A program made the translations under genes and the position numbers. This document shows positions 1 through 12,330 of a stretch of 64,000 nucleotides of DNA, piece by piece. The number at the start of each line of letters is the position of its first letter. Within the stretch, counting starts at the first letter, position 1. The notes beneath the pieces were generated by a model, which made no database searches, was not told the origin of the DNA, and saw only the letters and a program-made list of their open reading frames with translations. Location of the stretch: assembly GCA_964016885.1 (NCBI GenBank), contig OZ024742.1, positions 259,408,001 through 259,472,000 on the forward strand. The letters run 5' to 3'. This DNA comes from Eledone cirrhosa. Lineage: Eukaryota.

Positions 1-30
1 TGGTATTTTACCTCAGCCTTTCTGATATAC

Positions 31-120
<90 letters not shown>

Positions 121-123
<3 letters not shown>

Positions 124-495
124 AACCAGTAAGACCCCGACAGCTGAGCTCAAGCCGTTTCGACGGCTAATTCTGGACTAAATGAACATTTATCCTGGTA
201 TTTAAATAGCCGATCTTCTCAAGGGGTAATTCCATATATGGTCAAAGTGATTGTCAAAAATCAGTAGTAATTCTGTGGTTGCAAATTAGTAGGGGAGATG
301 GTGGCTAAACCTGCCAGTAGGAGAAAGAGGGGAGGGGGTGGAGTAGACCCAATCAAGCGTTGGTAGTGCCAGCTACAGCTGGGCATGAGGTCAAAGAAGA
401 TACAGGGGAGGGGGAGGGGGAGGAAGTCGGAACGGTAGGTAGAACAATGGGGGGTAGAAATAGGAAAGAAAAAATACTGAGAGTGAAGAAAAGCA
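121..495 (-). repeat. Inverted pseudo-LTR copy (pairs with 3522-3895)
   Basis: Direct reverse-complement comparison shows only a couple of mismatches over about 375 bp. Confidence 0.95.
134..227 (-). ncRNA. Type I hammerhead ribozyme (inverted copy of 3789-3882)
   Basis: Same motif in the inverted pseudo-LTR. Confidence 0.83.
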
Positions 496-536
496 TCCAG
501 ACTTTTCCGCTAAGCTCAATTCATTTCACCCGCACC

Positions 537-2690
537 ATGCGAAAACACAACATTGACTTCTCTACCAAGAACATCCCAATCCCACCGAAAAAACTTTACC
601 TTCGGATGCTCACGCAAAAAATTGATCTATTTGCGAAAAGACTTAGATGGAGAACTTTTTTCTATGACAGATATTGCGACAACCAAGACTTCGGCACCAA
701 GGAGAGATTCGGATTTATTACCTACAAATCTCCGCCCCTGAACCCCTTGCTCGCACCCTTCGAGAATGACCTCTTCCAACTGGTCAAGAACATTAAATTT
801 AAACCCAGACACAACCGATTCCTACAAAAACTCCGTAGCAACTTAACAGAGTATGATAACACAAATGACATCATGGTGCATTCGGATAAAACTGGGAACC
901 TATACTTTGTCAACCCTGACAGATACCACACACTGATCAGGAGCAGCCTAAACTCCACCTATAAAAAGGCCAACCACTCTTGCATCGAGGACATAAATCG
1001 AGATGGACAACAAATCACCTCCAGCCTCGGGGTCGCCGACCGCACGGAACCTCTAGACCCACGGACACCATACTTCACACTGAAGGACCATAAATCCGAT
1101 TTTGACCGTAAACCCTCCATCAGGCTTATTAACCCAACGAAGTCCGACATAGGGAGAATCAGCAAAAAAATCCTAGACCGCGTGATACCAAAAGTCAAGC
1201 AACACACCCGACTTAGCCTATGGATCAACACCCAGGAAGTAATCTCCTGGTTCAGCAATATGGAGGATAAACGAGAAACTAAATTCATACAGTTCGACAT
1301 AGAGAGCTACTATGCTTCAATCACCTTACCGCTACTTACTGCCGCCTTGGACTTCGCCGAAACACTCGTGCCCATCACCGACCAGGAAAGAAAAATCATC
1401 CTCCACGCCAGGAAGACAGTCTTACTCTTTGACGACTCTAAATGGATAAAAAGAGCTCCCGACTCACCCTTCGACGTCAGCATGGGCGCCACGGATTCGG
1501 CGGAGGTCACTGATCTTATAGGATTATTCCTAATAGCCAAACTCACTGATATGTTTCCTGCATTCGGTGGTGGATTGTACCGTGATGATGGGCTCCTTAC
1601 CCTTAAAGGGTACAACCCCAGTAGTACAGATCGGGTCCGGAAACAATTAATCAGATTCTTCCGCGACTGGGGATTTAAAATAACCCTACAAACGTCCCTG
1701 ACCCGAATAAACTTCCTGGACGTAACCCTCGACCTCGAAAACGACCTGTACTACCCATACAGGAAACCTAATGACAATCTGCACTACATCCACCGCCGAT
1801 CAAACCATCCTAGGAACATCACAAACAACCTGGTCAAAAACATCTCCCTCCGCATATCCCGTTTGTCAGCTAATGAGCGGATATTCGATGAACATGCGCC
1901 TTATTACAACCAGGCCCTCAAGCGGAGTGGTTTCCGGGAGGAAATATCCTACTGTCCAGATCCCATTAGCGGAACCAGCAGGAGACACCGCCGCTCACGC
2001 AATGTAACATGGTTCAATCCTCCCCACAACGCAGAGGTGACTACTCCCATCGGGAAACTATTCTTTAGGCTCATTGAAAAACACTTCCCATTACAACACC
2101 GCTACCACAACATAATTAACAAAAATACCATCAAACTCTCTTACAGCACTACACCAAACTTCGCACAAAACATCGTCTCCTCTAACAACAAAAAACTCAA
2201 CCCCGATGGCAGAAATAACCTAAATAGCAGTGGAGAACCGACCAGGAGGTGTAACTGCCCGGATAGATCTATTTGCCCACTCGACAATAGATGCAGAGAC
2301 CGTAATGTGATCTACCAGTGCAACGTGAGGACGGATACCTCCAACAAAGCCTATATAGGACTTACCGCATGTGACTTCAAGACCCGGCTATACCAACATA
2401 GACATACCTTCCGAAACCCGGCCCGGCGTCACGCCACTACACTTTCGGGCCACATATGGGACCTCAAGGACAACAACATCACCTATGATCTCACTTGGAG
2501 ATTACTGTCCAGAGCCAATTCTTACACGGGAGGACGCCGTCCGTGCAATTTATGCTCGGAGGAAACTTTACAAATGCTGTTTTCGACGGACCAACTCCTA
2601 AACAAGAAAGATGAACTGGTTACTGCATGTAAACATAGATTGCGTAGGACTTACCTCGCCCTCAAACCCCATAATGACCCGGGGGGGTAG
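537..2690 (+). CDS. Penelope-like reverse transcriptase with C-terminal GIY-YIG endonuclease
   Basis: N-terminal FSTKNIPIP..LRWRTFF and SDKTGN. RT motifs FDIESYY, VSMGATDSAE and YRDD, plus FLDVTL. CxC..CPL..C linker, VIYQ..YIGLT..FKTRLYQH, CNLC and LLNK. The track start at 360 lies inside the inverted repeat, so the in-frame ATG at 537 is the more plausible start. Confidence 0.93.
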   Translation: MRKHNIDFSTKNIPIPPKKLYLRMLTQKIDLFAKRLRWRTFFYDRYCDNQDFGTKERFGFITYKSPPLNPLLAPFENDLFQLVKNIKFKPRHNRFLQKLRSNLTEYDNTNDIMVHSDKTGNLYFVNPDRYHTLIRSSLNSTYKKANHSCIEDINRDGQQITSSLGVADRTEPLDPRTPYFTLKDHKSDFDRKPSIRLINPTKSDIGRISKKILDRVIPKVKQHTRLSLWINTQEVISWFSNMEDKRETKFIQFDIESYYASITLPLLTAALDFAETLVPITDQERKIILHARKTVLLFDDSKWIKRAPDSPFDVSMGATDSAEVTDLIGLFLIAKLTDMFPAFGGGLYRDDGLLTLKGYNPSSTDRVRKQLIRFFRDWGFKITLQTSLTRINFLDVTLDLENDLYYPYRKPNDNLHYIHRRSNHPRNITNNLVKNISLRISRLSANERIFDEHAPYYNQALKRSGFREEISYCPDPISGTSRRHRRSRNVTWFNPPHNAEVTTPIGKLFFRLIEKHFPLQHRYHNIINKNTIKLSYSTTPNFAQNIVSSNNKKLNPDGRNNLNSSGEPTRRCNCPDRSICPLDNRCRDRNVIYQCNVRTDTSNKAYIGLTACDFKTRLYQHRHTFRNPARRHATTLSGHIWDLKDNNITYDLTWRLLSRANSYTGGRRPCNLCSEETLQMLFSTDQLLNKKDELVTACKHRLRRTYLALKPHNDPGG

Positions 2691-3788
2691 ACTAGGGCTA
2701 TAACACCCCAGTTGCCGATTTTGCAATGGGTAACCCCTGCTTGCCAAGGAAGACGTAAGATCTTCTTTGTATTCTTTTATCGCATCCTTTATTTCCTTCC
2801 CCCCTCTCTCCTTTGTCCTTCTACCCCAGCTCTTCTCCTTTGTCGGCGTCTTTTCTCGCCCACCCGAGGCTGCCCTTTGGCCCCATGTAGCCTTAGTACC
2901 CCCACTCCCCCCCTCCCCTAGTCTTTGATAGATTTGGCGGACTCCGCCCTTTATAGCAGTTGGCTTAGACCCCGGATACTTGCCCCCCTTTTCCGACCGC
3001 TCCCACTATTCTCTGTGCCCTCTATATTTCTTAGTGGCACTTATGCCTTATTTTTTCGTTTCAGTATTTCTTGCTTCGCTTTTCTTCTGGGCGGGGTGGA
3101 TTCTGAACTTATTTCTCCGTATTCTACCTTTATTTCGTACGAACTTTCATGTAGCTTGTTTTAGATCTTTTAGAGTTAGCATTAGTATATATTTTTCTCG
3201 GGACTCAGAATTATTATGTCGTACAAGTTCACTTTGCTGCACTGGGTCGTTGCTGGCCCGGGATGGAAACCTTTATTGTTTATTTCGTGGTAGTCTCTTT
3301 AGTATTTTGGCCCCTTTTGTTGACCAGTCACCGTATCATTTACGTACTTATACCTCTTAAAAGGGTCCTTGCCTAATTCGTCCCACCTAGTTCTTTTACT
3401 TATTTCCTTATTTATTTATTTATTTATTTATTTACTTCTTTCTTTCTTTCTTTATTTTATTCTCGCCTAACAATAGCCTGACACCTAGGTCGTAGAATTT
3501 AATTTTTTCTTTACACTTATTTGCTTTTCTTCACTCTCAGTATTTTTTCTTTCCTATTTCTACCCCCCATTGTTCTACCTACCGTTCCGACTTCCTCCCC
3601 CTCCCCCTCCCCTGTATCTTCTTTGACCTCATGCCCAGCTGTAGCTGGCACTACCAACGCTTGATTGGGTCTATTCCACCCCTCCCCTCTTTCTCCTACT
3701 GGCAGGTTTAGCCACCATCTCCCCTACTAATTTGCAACCACAGAATTACTACTGATTTTTGACAATCACTTTGACCATATATGGAATT

Positions 3789-3882
3789 ACCCCTTGAGAA
3801 GATCGGCTATTTAAATACCAGGATAAATTTTCATTTAGTCCAGAATTAGCCGTCGAAACGGCTTGAGCTCAGCTGTCGGGGT
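3789..3882 (+). ncRNA. Type I hammerhead ribozyme, U3-A8 core variant
   Basis: ACCCC-TTGAGAA-stem II GATCGGCTA..TAGCCGTC-GAAA-stem III ACGGC..GCTGT-C/GGGGT. GUC cleavage site ends at 3877. Confidence 0.85.
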
Positions 3883-3976
3883 CTTACTGGTTCCTATTAC
3901 CCACTCTACTACCTCAAGTATTGAGTACTTTGGTGCGTTATGGTCCACCTGGTTCCTTACCACATTTCCTTCGTTA

Positions 3977-4090
<114 letters not shown>

Positions 4091-4095
4091 CATGT

Positions 4096-4890
4096 ATGGC
4101 GGCGCAAATAAATCCTGTAGAAATTAAAGGATTATAACAACAGTGTTTTTCATATAACAAATTAATATCGTTCATATAAACTTTATACTCAGTTAGGTAC
4201 ATATATAAGGTACAAACATCACTCGATGTGGCTACCATCGGTGGCCACCACTTTCTCCAGGCGAGACCAGAACCTGAAGCTCAGCATAAACGTATAATTG
4301 TTATCCATTAGACATTACATAATGATCTAAAGATGTGTACTACAAAATAATTTAACTCTCAATATATGGTACACACAAATGTATGTTTGTATAACCTCTC
4401 TTACAGATGCACTCGCACACTCCCACACATACCAGGAGTTTAAAAAATCGATCCTTTCCAAAATTACTGATTACATTCTAAAATATATACTAAATTCACG
4501 ACTGGAATTTTGAGTGTTTCGCTTAAAAATATTTCCACACATTCAACATCTAGTAGAATTTCAAGAAACACATTTATAGGCTTTTGTTAACCCCCTACAC
4601 ATACACACCACCTCATTCCTTACTATTAATATGATATATACATTATGTATATGATATATATGATATATATATATATCATATATATGTGTATATTCTAAAT
4701 ATATATATTTCATTTTATTATTTTTTTATTTTGTATTTCTTTCCTTTACCATCCCTTGCTACTCCTCGAAGTTCCTGAAATTTCCTGATGAATGACTTCT
4801 GTCCGAAACGTCGAAACCTCCTCCATTTCCAGCAAGCGTTAACCTAATGTAACTGTGTAAATTGTCTCCTGTTTTGTTTCAACTAAATAT
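4096..4890 (+). mobile_element. Degraded Penelope-like 3' fragment (GIY-YIG remnant + HHR)
   Basis: Frameshifted traces [21 protein letters not shown] and ILNSRLEF resemble the endonuclease of the 537-2690 ORF. It ends with an HHR followed by (TA)n. Confidence 0.5.
4781..4816 (+). ncRNA. Minimal type I hammerhead ribozyme
   Basis: TTTC-CTGATGA-atGAC ttct GTCc-GAAAC-GTC-GAAA, with palindromic ACGT stem III. Confidence 0.75.
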
Positions 4891-4891
4891 A

Positions 4892-4936
<45 letters not shown>

Positions 4937-5602
4937 GTGGGGGGAGGGGGTATCTGTATATATGCATATATACAAATATATCTATGTGTGTATGAATGTA
5001 TATGAGACTCTACGTTGTCAGATTTAATAAAGTCATTTCCTACATTAAAATTAGATTTACAGCTCAGAGCTATGCATGTTTAACCGGACTTCGTGATTAT
5101 GACACATGTGAGTTTTCTCGGAAATATATATATGCGTGCATATATGTGCATGTATATATGTATGCACATAAGTGCGTATATATGAATGTGCATGTATATA
5201 TCAGTGGAGGTTTTTGAATGGGAAAAAATATAAAATCCACGCATATGAATTTAGACAGGAAGCTGTTGGACGAAAAACATTGGGCAGTGACCCACGGTGA
5301 ATGCTGTTATATTTTGTTCCCATTCCACAGCTTTTATATATATTTATATATAACTTTACGGAGAGTAGGGTGGACCGGTAAATTTGTACCTAAAGTGAAA
5401 TGCGTGGAATCAACGTTCAAATGCATCAAACTTCCTTCTCGGTTACACACTGTGCAAGCCCAAGATCACATTGGCTCGGGTGGCTGATGACGAATATAGA
5501 TGCTTTTGTTCGTACGTCCAAAATGTTTTATTTTTCTGTGCGCAAATTCGCCATTTATTTCTACAGCATCGCTACGTACTTTTAATTAAGTATATTCCGC
5601 AC

Positions 5603-5634
<32 letters not shown>

Positions 5635-5641
5635 CTTCTCT

Positions 5642-5737
<96 letters not shown>

Positions 5738-6672
5738 GCAATAATTCACTATACAACTGCTGCCGGTCACAACCAGATGTGTGCAGCCAGATGATGTGTT
5801 CGGGAAGTGGGGAGGCAACAAACCATGCTGAATGGTCAGTGAAGTAAGATGTCATATGATAGAGTGGAATAAACTAGCTAGTTCCTAGTTTATTAATTAA
5901 AATTCACTGTTCCGGTCAGCTGACGAATGTCCATTCACTGCTTTCAATATATTAATTGGATTTGCTATCAACGTTGACTAAGCTTTGCTATTTGTAACAC
6001 TTATCTAGTAGTTGCTAAATTATTTGAGAGGCGACCTCTCCGGAACTACAATTGGCACCTAAAAATAAATTAGTTTGTCTATCTGTGTATCTCTATGTAT
6101 GTGTCTGCGTGTGTGTGTGCCCGAGATTGAAATGTTGTCTGTGTTCCAGTGTGTTTGATTGTGCGTGTTTTTCTGTTTTTCTCTGCACCTCTGGGTGTCC
6201 AAGCGTTTGAGCCTATGTGCATGTTTCTATGTATATGTTTGTGTCAGTGAGCGGTTGTTTGAGCTTGTGCACGTGTCTTTGTTTATATATGTCTGTTTGT
6301 GTACGTTTTTTAATCCTCGTGCAGTATGGCATTTAAACATAAGATAGTCCTCCGATATGGTATTAATTATAATGTCTAAAACAGAATAAAATATAATTAA
6401 GAAATTTGATTTGCTGTCATGAAGTCCCGGTTTCGATCCCACAGAGAGGCCCTACCATGATCGGCAAAGTTTTGCGAATGCAAATGGGGAGGTGAAAATT
6501 CAAAACAACTAGACTTGACGCATATTATGCCCCACTGATTCATATTTAGAATTAGGTTAAGAGTTCATTCGTCTGTGGAAATCTCAAACAATTTTAGAGG
6601 CTAATTCACGAGTAGAATTTTCAATATTTCGAACAATGAAATGCTAATCGAAACCTAGGAAAAACCAAACAA

Positions 6673-6736
<64 letters not shown>

Positions 6737-7639
6737 TGCACCCTCGTTATCGAGTATGGCCATTGCACGATATACCATTATTAATAATTATTAATTAATT
6801 CTATCGTGCAATGCCTGTGCGTGAAGGTATTTTTTAAAGTGACGAAAGACTATGCACTGAGCCAATCCCACTCTCTGAGCGACAGTAGCTATAACCCGAA
6901 AAGCAGAGAAGATCAATATCATCGGTAACTACTGAGCCCCAGGTTTTATATCGGTGTTTTCCCAGTTTCCTGATTTGCCTTCTCCTAGAAGAATGCCCTG
7001 ACAAAGGCTAGGGGTCCTTCACTCCCAATGGTTTAACCACGCGGTACATATCTATATACATATTTACACACGTTTAGATAACCGTTGACTCTTATGAGTT
7101 CTTCCACCCTTTCTCAGGTTTTGTTTTTTGTCCTGCAGGGTGTCCAAAATCACCCCCCTCACCAATTAAACTTGGTGGGGTTGCCGGTTTAGTCGCCAAC
7201 GACCCGACCATGCGACAAGTTGTACTGGGTTACCTGTTACCAGTAGCACTCAAGAGTGATCCGACATATATATATACATACATACATACATATATATATA
7301 TACATATATATATATACCCACAAGAATGAAAATGATAATATCGCATATCGAGATAGACTTAAATATATAGACCTAGCTACACTCGAATGTACACTATCTT
7401 ATAATAAATAGTCACCCATCCTTTCTTCTGTGGCATCATTATCCTTGCTTTCTCCCTGCTTTTCCTCTTATTTGTGGCATTTCTAGCCCTCCTACATTCC
7501 TATACTGTTATATCTGCTCGTGTTAACAACGCCCGTACATTTCCCACGCCCTAACTCTCAAACCACCTCTTAACACCCGGCCCTCCTTTACATCCTTACA
7601 CCAGCACCCGCTCCAACACCCACTCTAAAGTGGTAGTTT

Positions 7640-7900
7640 TGGTGTCGTAACAAAAGTGCCCAATCCACTCGTTAAATTGGTCATGTTTATGTCACGACAA
7701 AAGGCGCCGAGCCCACAGTGTAAAGCGGTCATTTGGCTGCCATCATTGAAAGCATCCAATCCATACTGTAAATGTGGTTGGCGTTAGGAAGGGCATCCAA
7801 CCGTCGAAACCAAGCAATAAACAGTTCTGTATGAGCAAGAAACGGTAACCTGACTTGTGTCAATGTGACAACTCCTCTAACGTGGGATACTGTACGTAAA
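7640..7900 (+). mobile_element. SINE/LINE-tail-like interspersed repeat fragment
   Basis: Motif GGTTGGCGTTAGGAAGGGCATCCAACCGTCGAAACC, preceded by two degenerate partial repeats (7640-7730). Confidence 0.45.
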
Positions 7901-7932
7901 ATGATGATAATGATAGTGTGTGTGCATATGTG

Positions 7933-7965
<33 letters not shown>

Positions 7966-8057
7966 ATATATATATATATACACACACGCATATATATATA
8001 TACACACACGCGCATATGTATACATTCATATGAACATATATATATGTGTGTGTGAGA

Positions 8058-8101
<44 letters not shown>

Positions 8102-8428
8102 ATTTCTGCGTATCAAATTTATATAAATCATGGGTAGTTCAAGCCAAGGCTTGCTTATTTAAGTCTTGATAAAGATTTGATGGTTTATCACGTAACCATT
8201 AATCCGCCTTCTCGGTACAGCAAACAGCTCATCCTTATCTGTTCGTTCCGTTTGACCTCGAAATCTGTTCTAAGACTTTATCTGATCTATGACTTTCTTC
8301 GTTGATCCCTCGGATTAACTAACTTCTGTCACACAGAAATCCGGGATAAGGTGATATTTTGAACTTCTTGCCAAATTCTGTCCATCTTAATATCGATCTA
8401 CCTTTCCAATGAATTTATTTACGTGTAT

Positions 8429-8495
<67 letters not shown>

Positions 8496-8498
<3 letters not shown>

Positions 8499-8676
8499 GC
8501 TCCAACCGTTAAGGTTGCATTTTTTCAGGGTATGTCAATATTTATTTATAAAACTAATCTGTATTGTATTTTATCTTATGAAAGCGCACCATAATCTGCC
8601 TTGGTGGCCCTTGAAATATGTATAATAAAATAAATATTGTTTTATAAATATAGTTTCCATTTGTTAATATATTGTA
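8496..8676 (+). mobile_element. Short HHR-bearing repeat, copy 1 (core mutated to CTTATGA)
   Basis: Homologous to 40755-40927 and 61420-61570. HHR fold at 8567-8632. Follows (TA)n. Confidence 0.75.
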
Positions 8677-8776
8677 TATTTACTCAAATAATTTGTTGAG
8701 TGTTTATATCAGTTATAAAAATATTTTAGCTTGTTGTATCCCAACAAATTAAATATAACCTCTGCATATATATATG

Positions 8777-8855
<79 letters not shown>

Positions 8856-9649
8856 GTCATACTTATATATCATGTACGTATATATCCCATGTACGTCAAT
8901 ACTCATCTTTTTCCATTTATCTGAGGGTTCTAAACCCCATTATCAGACTAAAATTTCTTTAGTCAAAAAATACGGTGAAACCTATTCTGTTTTCTAATTT
9001 CAAACCGGCTCACTGTTTCAAAACATATTTACATATATATATATATATGAGAGAGATATATAAAGTGTATGTGTGTTTGAATTCATGTACGTGTGTGCAT
9101 ACACATATATATGTGTGTGTGTGCAAGTGTGCGTGCGCGCGCGGTCTGCATGCGTTTTTAGCTCGTCGCCGAAACTTTTTGCTAGATGTTGTCTCCAGGT
9201 ATTCCAGGTTATCAAATTTATGTATAGTTTATCCCCGATATTCTCGGCATATATCAATTTCAGACATTCTTTTTATACAGTCTTTTTCAGCTCACCGCAT
9301 TTTGAGCAAGTCTCCTTTTCCTGACCCAGTTTAATGTAAGACTTTTGAGAGAAATTGGCTCAACGGAATATATGTGGAAACCTGTGTTGGACTGTACCAA
9401 TAATGTAAAAGGCAATCTACCCACACACTAAACCACCTGTGTTAGATGACCCAGGGAATTACGTTTTGTTTACACATGTCAATGCAACGTTCAACCATTT
9501 ACCCGTAAATTCAATGAGCAAGCTAGTCGATTGAACAAATGGAACGTTCATATTTGAAAGCAACGAAGGTCTAGTCTACGTTGTCTCCCCTTTGCCATTT
9601 TACTAATGTCAGAAATCAGTGACTTTTATTTTTCTTATTTCTTTTATTT

Positions 9650-9860
9650 GGTGGTTTGGCGAAATCGGTAAATCGTCGAACACCATGCTTTGCAGCATAG
9701 AGGTACGGCCCTTTACGTTCTGAGTTCAAATCCCACCAAGGTTAGCTTTTCCTCTCATCCTTACGGTGTTGATTAAATAAAGCACAGGTAATGCACTTGG
9801 GTCGATTTAATCGACTTTCCCCTCTCCCCAAATTGCTGTCCTATACTAGAAATCCTTATT
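9650..9860 (+). mobile_element. tRNA-derived SINE, family A
   Basis: A-box-like head, B-box GAGTTCAAATCCC and central CATCCTTACGG..GAT.AAATAAAG domain shared with many copies. Confidence 0.8.
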
Positions 9861-10036
9861 TCGTTTATAAATATATCATCAAATTCGAGGATATAATCTC
9901 ATTACACTGTGCATTAACCACACCACAACACTATATATACCACTACACTCCGCACCATTAGACAACATATATCGCAACACTACATATTCCACAACACAAC
10001 ATATACCGCTGCACTACATAATACCACTGCACTACA

Positions 10037-10227
10037 GGCGGTGGATTGGCAGTATCGGTAGAGGGTCGGACGCCATGATTTGCAGCTAAGAGTTACGGGC
10101 CTTTATGGTCTGAGTTCAAATCCTGCCGAGGTTAACTTTTCCTTTCCTCCTTACGGGGTCAATAAAATAAAGTACCAGTAATACACTGGGATAATTCCTG
10201 CCCTTGTACCAAAAGTAGAAACAATTA
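10037..10227 (+). mobile_element. tRNA-derived SINE, family A
   Basis: GGCGGTGGATTGGCAGTATCGGTAGAG head, B-box, and AGTAGAAACAATT tail. Confidence 0.88.
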
Positions 10228-10499
10228 TGTATACCACTACACAACATACCCCTAAATATCAAACCACTGCACTACATATACAACTACACTGCACTACATA
10301 CACCACTACACTGCACTACTTATACAGCTCCACTAATCTGCACTACACTACACACGATTACTCTATGATACACAAATACATTATACCCCATTACATTATA
10401 CACGGCTATACTACACACAACTATGTTACACACGATTATACTACACACCAATACATTCCACACCACTATACTATACAACAATGGAATTGTTGTTGCGCA

Positions 10500-10990
10500 G
10501 TATCGCACCGCTCTACGGGGAAGTACTAACATCAAACGAGTTTCCTACCATTTGAAGGCTAAGATCTTTGATACTTACATCCTACCAGTTGTGTTATATG
10601 GTCTTGACTGAATTAATCGGACGACAAGGTCATGTGAGAAGCTCTCTACATTCCAGAACCCCATCATGAGACTTATGACTGGCAAGCGGCTCAGCGACTC
10701 TGTATCAGTGAGTTGCTCTGTATAACCAAATTTAGACCAATTACATCAATTGTTGAGTCAAGAGTTCTCAAACTATACGGTCATATAAAATGATCAACTG
10801 GTGGTGTGAGTAGGTTATGCCTGGAAAGAAGGTTGGTTGGTGAGAGAAGCAGAGGCCGGCAGCCAAAACGATGGCTTGATAATGTAAACTTATGGACTGG
10901 ACTTGATCTTTAAACTCTGCTGCTGGTGATCGAACTTTGTGGAGAGATATATCACATGTTAATGCGCAGTCTGCAACTGCTGGAGTTTAG
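10500..10990 (+). pseudogene. 3' fragment of an RTE-like LINE ORF
   Basis: KAKIFDTYILPVVLYG.., LKLYGHI, GERSRGRQPKRWLDNV, interrupted by stops and frameshifts. It sits in a CACTA/CACAC-rich simple repeat. Confidence 0.8.
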
Positions 10991-11989
10991 CGTCACAAAC
11001 ATACTACACACGACTATAATACACATAACTATACGTCACACGACTATATTACACACCACTACATCATATACCACTACATTGCACACGACTACATTGCACA
11101 CGACTATACAATTCGGCTGTACGACACACAACTATACTACACATCACTACACTACACACCTGTACACGACACACCACTACGCTACACACCACTACACACC
11201 ACTATGCTGCACAACCTCTACACATCCACCATATATCACCCCCGGTATAATGAATTCAAGCAAACTTAGTACACCATACTGGATCTCTTCGATTCAACAA
11301 TTCATGTAAATCCCAATGAGCTGGAATTTATTTGAATTTAATTTAATTTAATCTACAAGCAATACGAGATGAGGAAAAGAGCAATAGTTAGTTTTAAGAA
11401 GCCTAATTCCTCCTTTGATTCAATTTTCTCTTAAATTCAATGTTTTGTATTCTTTCGTCTGTTGGTTTGTTCGTCTTGTTTTGTTAGTAAAAAAAAAACT
11501 TTACTTTTTTATTCATCTACAAACACTTAAACACTTGGTTTTAGCATTTTAATTAAATATTTTAAAATACTCCCAACAATAGCGGCCTACGCCTTTTGTT
11601 TGTATGTGTGTTTGCTTTCTTCTGTTTTTATGTGTACGTGTCTTCTACTCTCTTTCTCCACTTTTTTTTTCCTTTCTCCTTCTTCCTCGTCCTCTATCAA
11701 ATTAGATTAATAACGTTTTTATGTCACACATCTTGCTTAGTGGCGCCCAGCGTTTTCCAATCCGAAATAAACTACAGTTCGGCATATATATATATATATA
11801 TCCAGCGGATCTCAGACAGGAAAGTTATATATGTTTCAGCTGTTATTGATTCTTTCGATTAATAAAGTACAAGACACTAAATTTATGGGATAAAATAATG
11901 GTATATTGAGATACTCATGCTTCACCCATCCCGATTATTGACCTAAGGGAGACCAGAAAATGACATGGGAGTTGTTTAACGTGGATTGT

Positions 11990-12330
11990 TGCCCAACTAA
12001 TTGCTGTAACGTCACCCTCTGACACTCTAAAGCCTCTATACCACAGACATACTGTCTCTTCTATCAGCCTCTTTTCCCTTTCATGCAGTGCGCTTTACTT
12101 CTTGGGGGTGACTCAACTCATGTCCCCTCCATACGTAACTTACTCGTCTAGTATCAACTACATTGTGTTCAAATCCTCATATCCTCACATCCCACATTAA
12201 CCACTACTCCCACCCCTCTTTGCTCAGAACACCAGCTGTCCGGAATTCTATCTTTCTCAAGGGAGAGAACCAGCACCAATTCAAACGGAATATTAACGAT
12301 ATCAATCTCTTCTGTCTGGGAATTCCTGTG
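11990..12330 (+). pseudogene. Degraded 3' end of a CR1/Jockey-like LINE
   Basis: TLKPLYHRHTVSSISLF ... HQFKRNIN resembles the post-RT C-terminus of these LINEs. Confidence 0.5.

Larger units (their letters stand above)
121..3975 (+). mobile_element. Penelope-like retroelement (Naiad-like), apparently intact, with inverted 5' copy of the 3' pseudo-LTR, flanked by (TA)n
   Basis: RT+GIY-YIG ORF. 121-495 is the near-perfect reverse complement of 3522-3895. (TA)n tracts lie on both sides. A hammerhead is present in the repeat. Confidence 0.93.

Noticed and set aside
360-536. N-terminal 59 aa of the 776-aa ORF
   Set aside because: Mostly within the inverted pseudo-LTR, with a TTG start. Probably not part of the native protein.
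537-3500. Selenoprotein-type Naiad (UGA recoding/SECIS)
   Set aside because: No in-frame TGA in the ORF, which ends at TAG, so there is no reason to invoke a SECIS.
10037-10130. tRNA genes
   Set aside because: A/B boxes are SINE heads that continue into a shared SINE body, with no complete cloverleaf.
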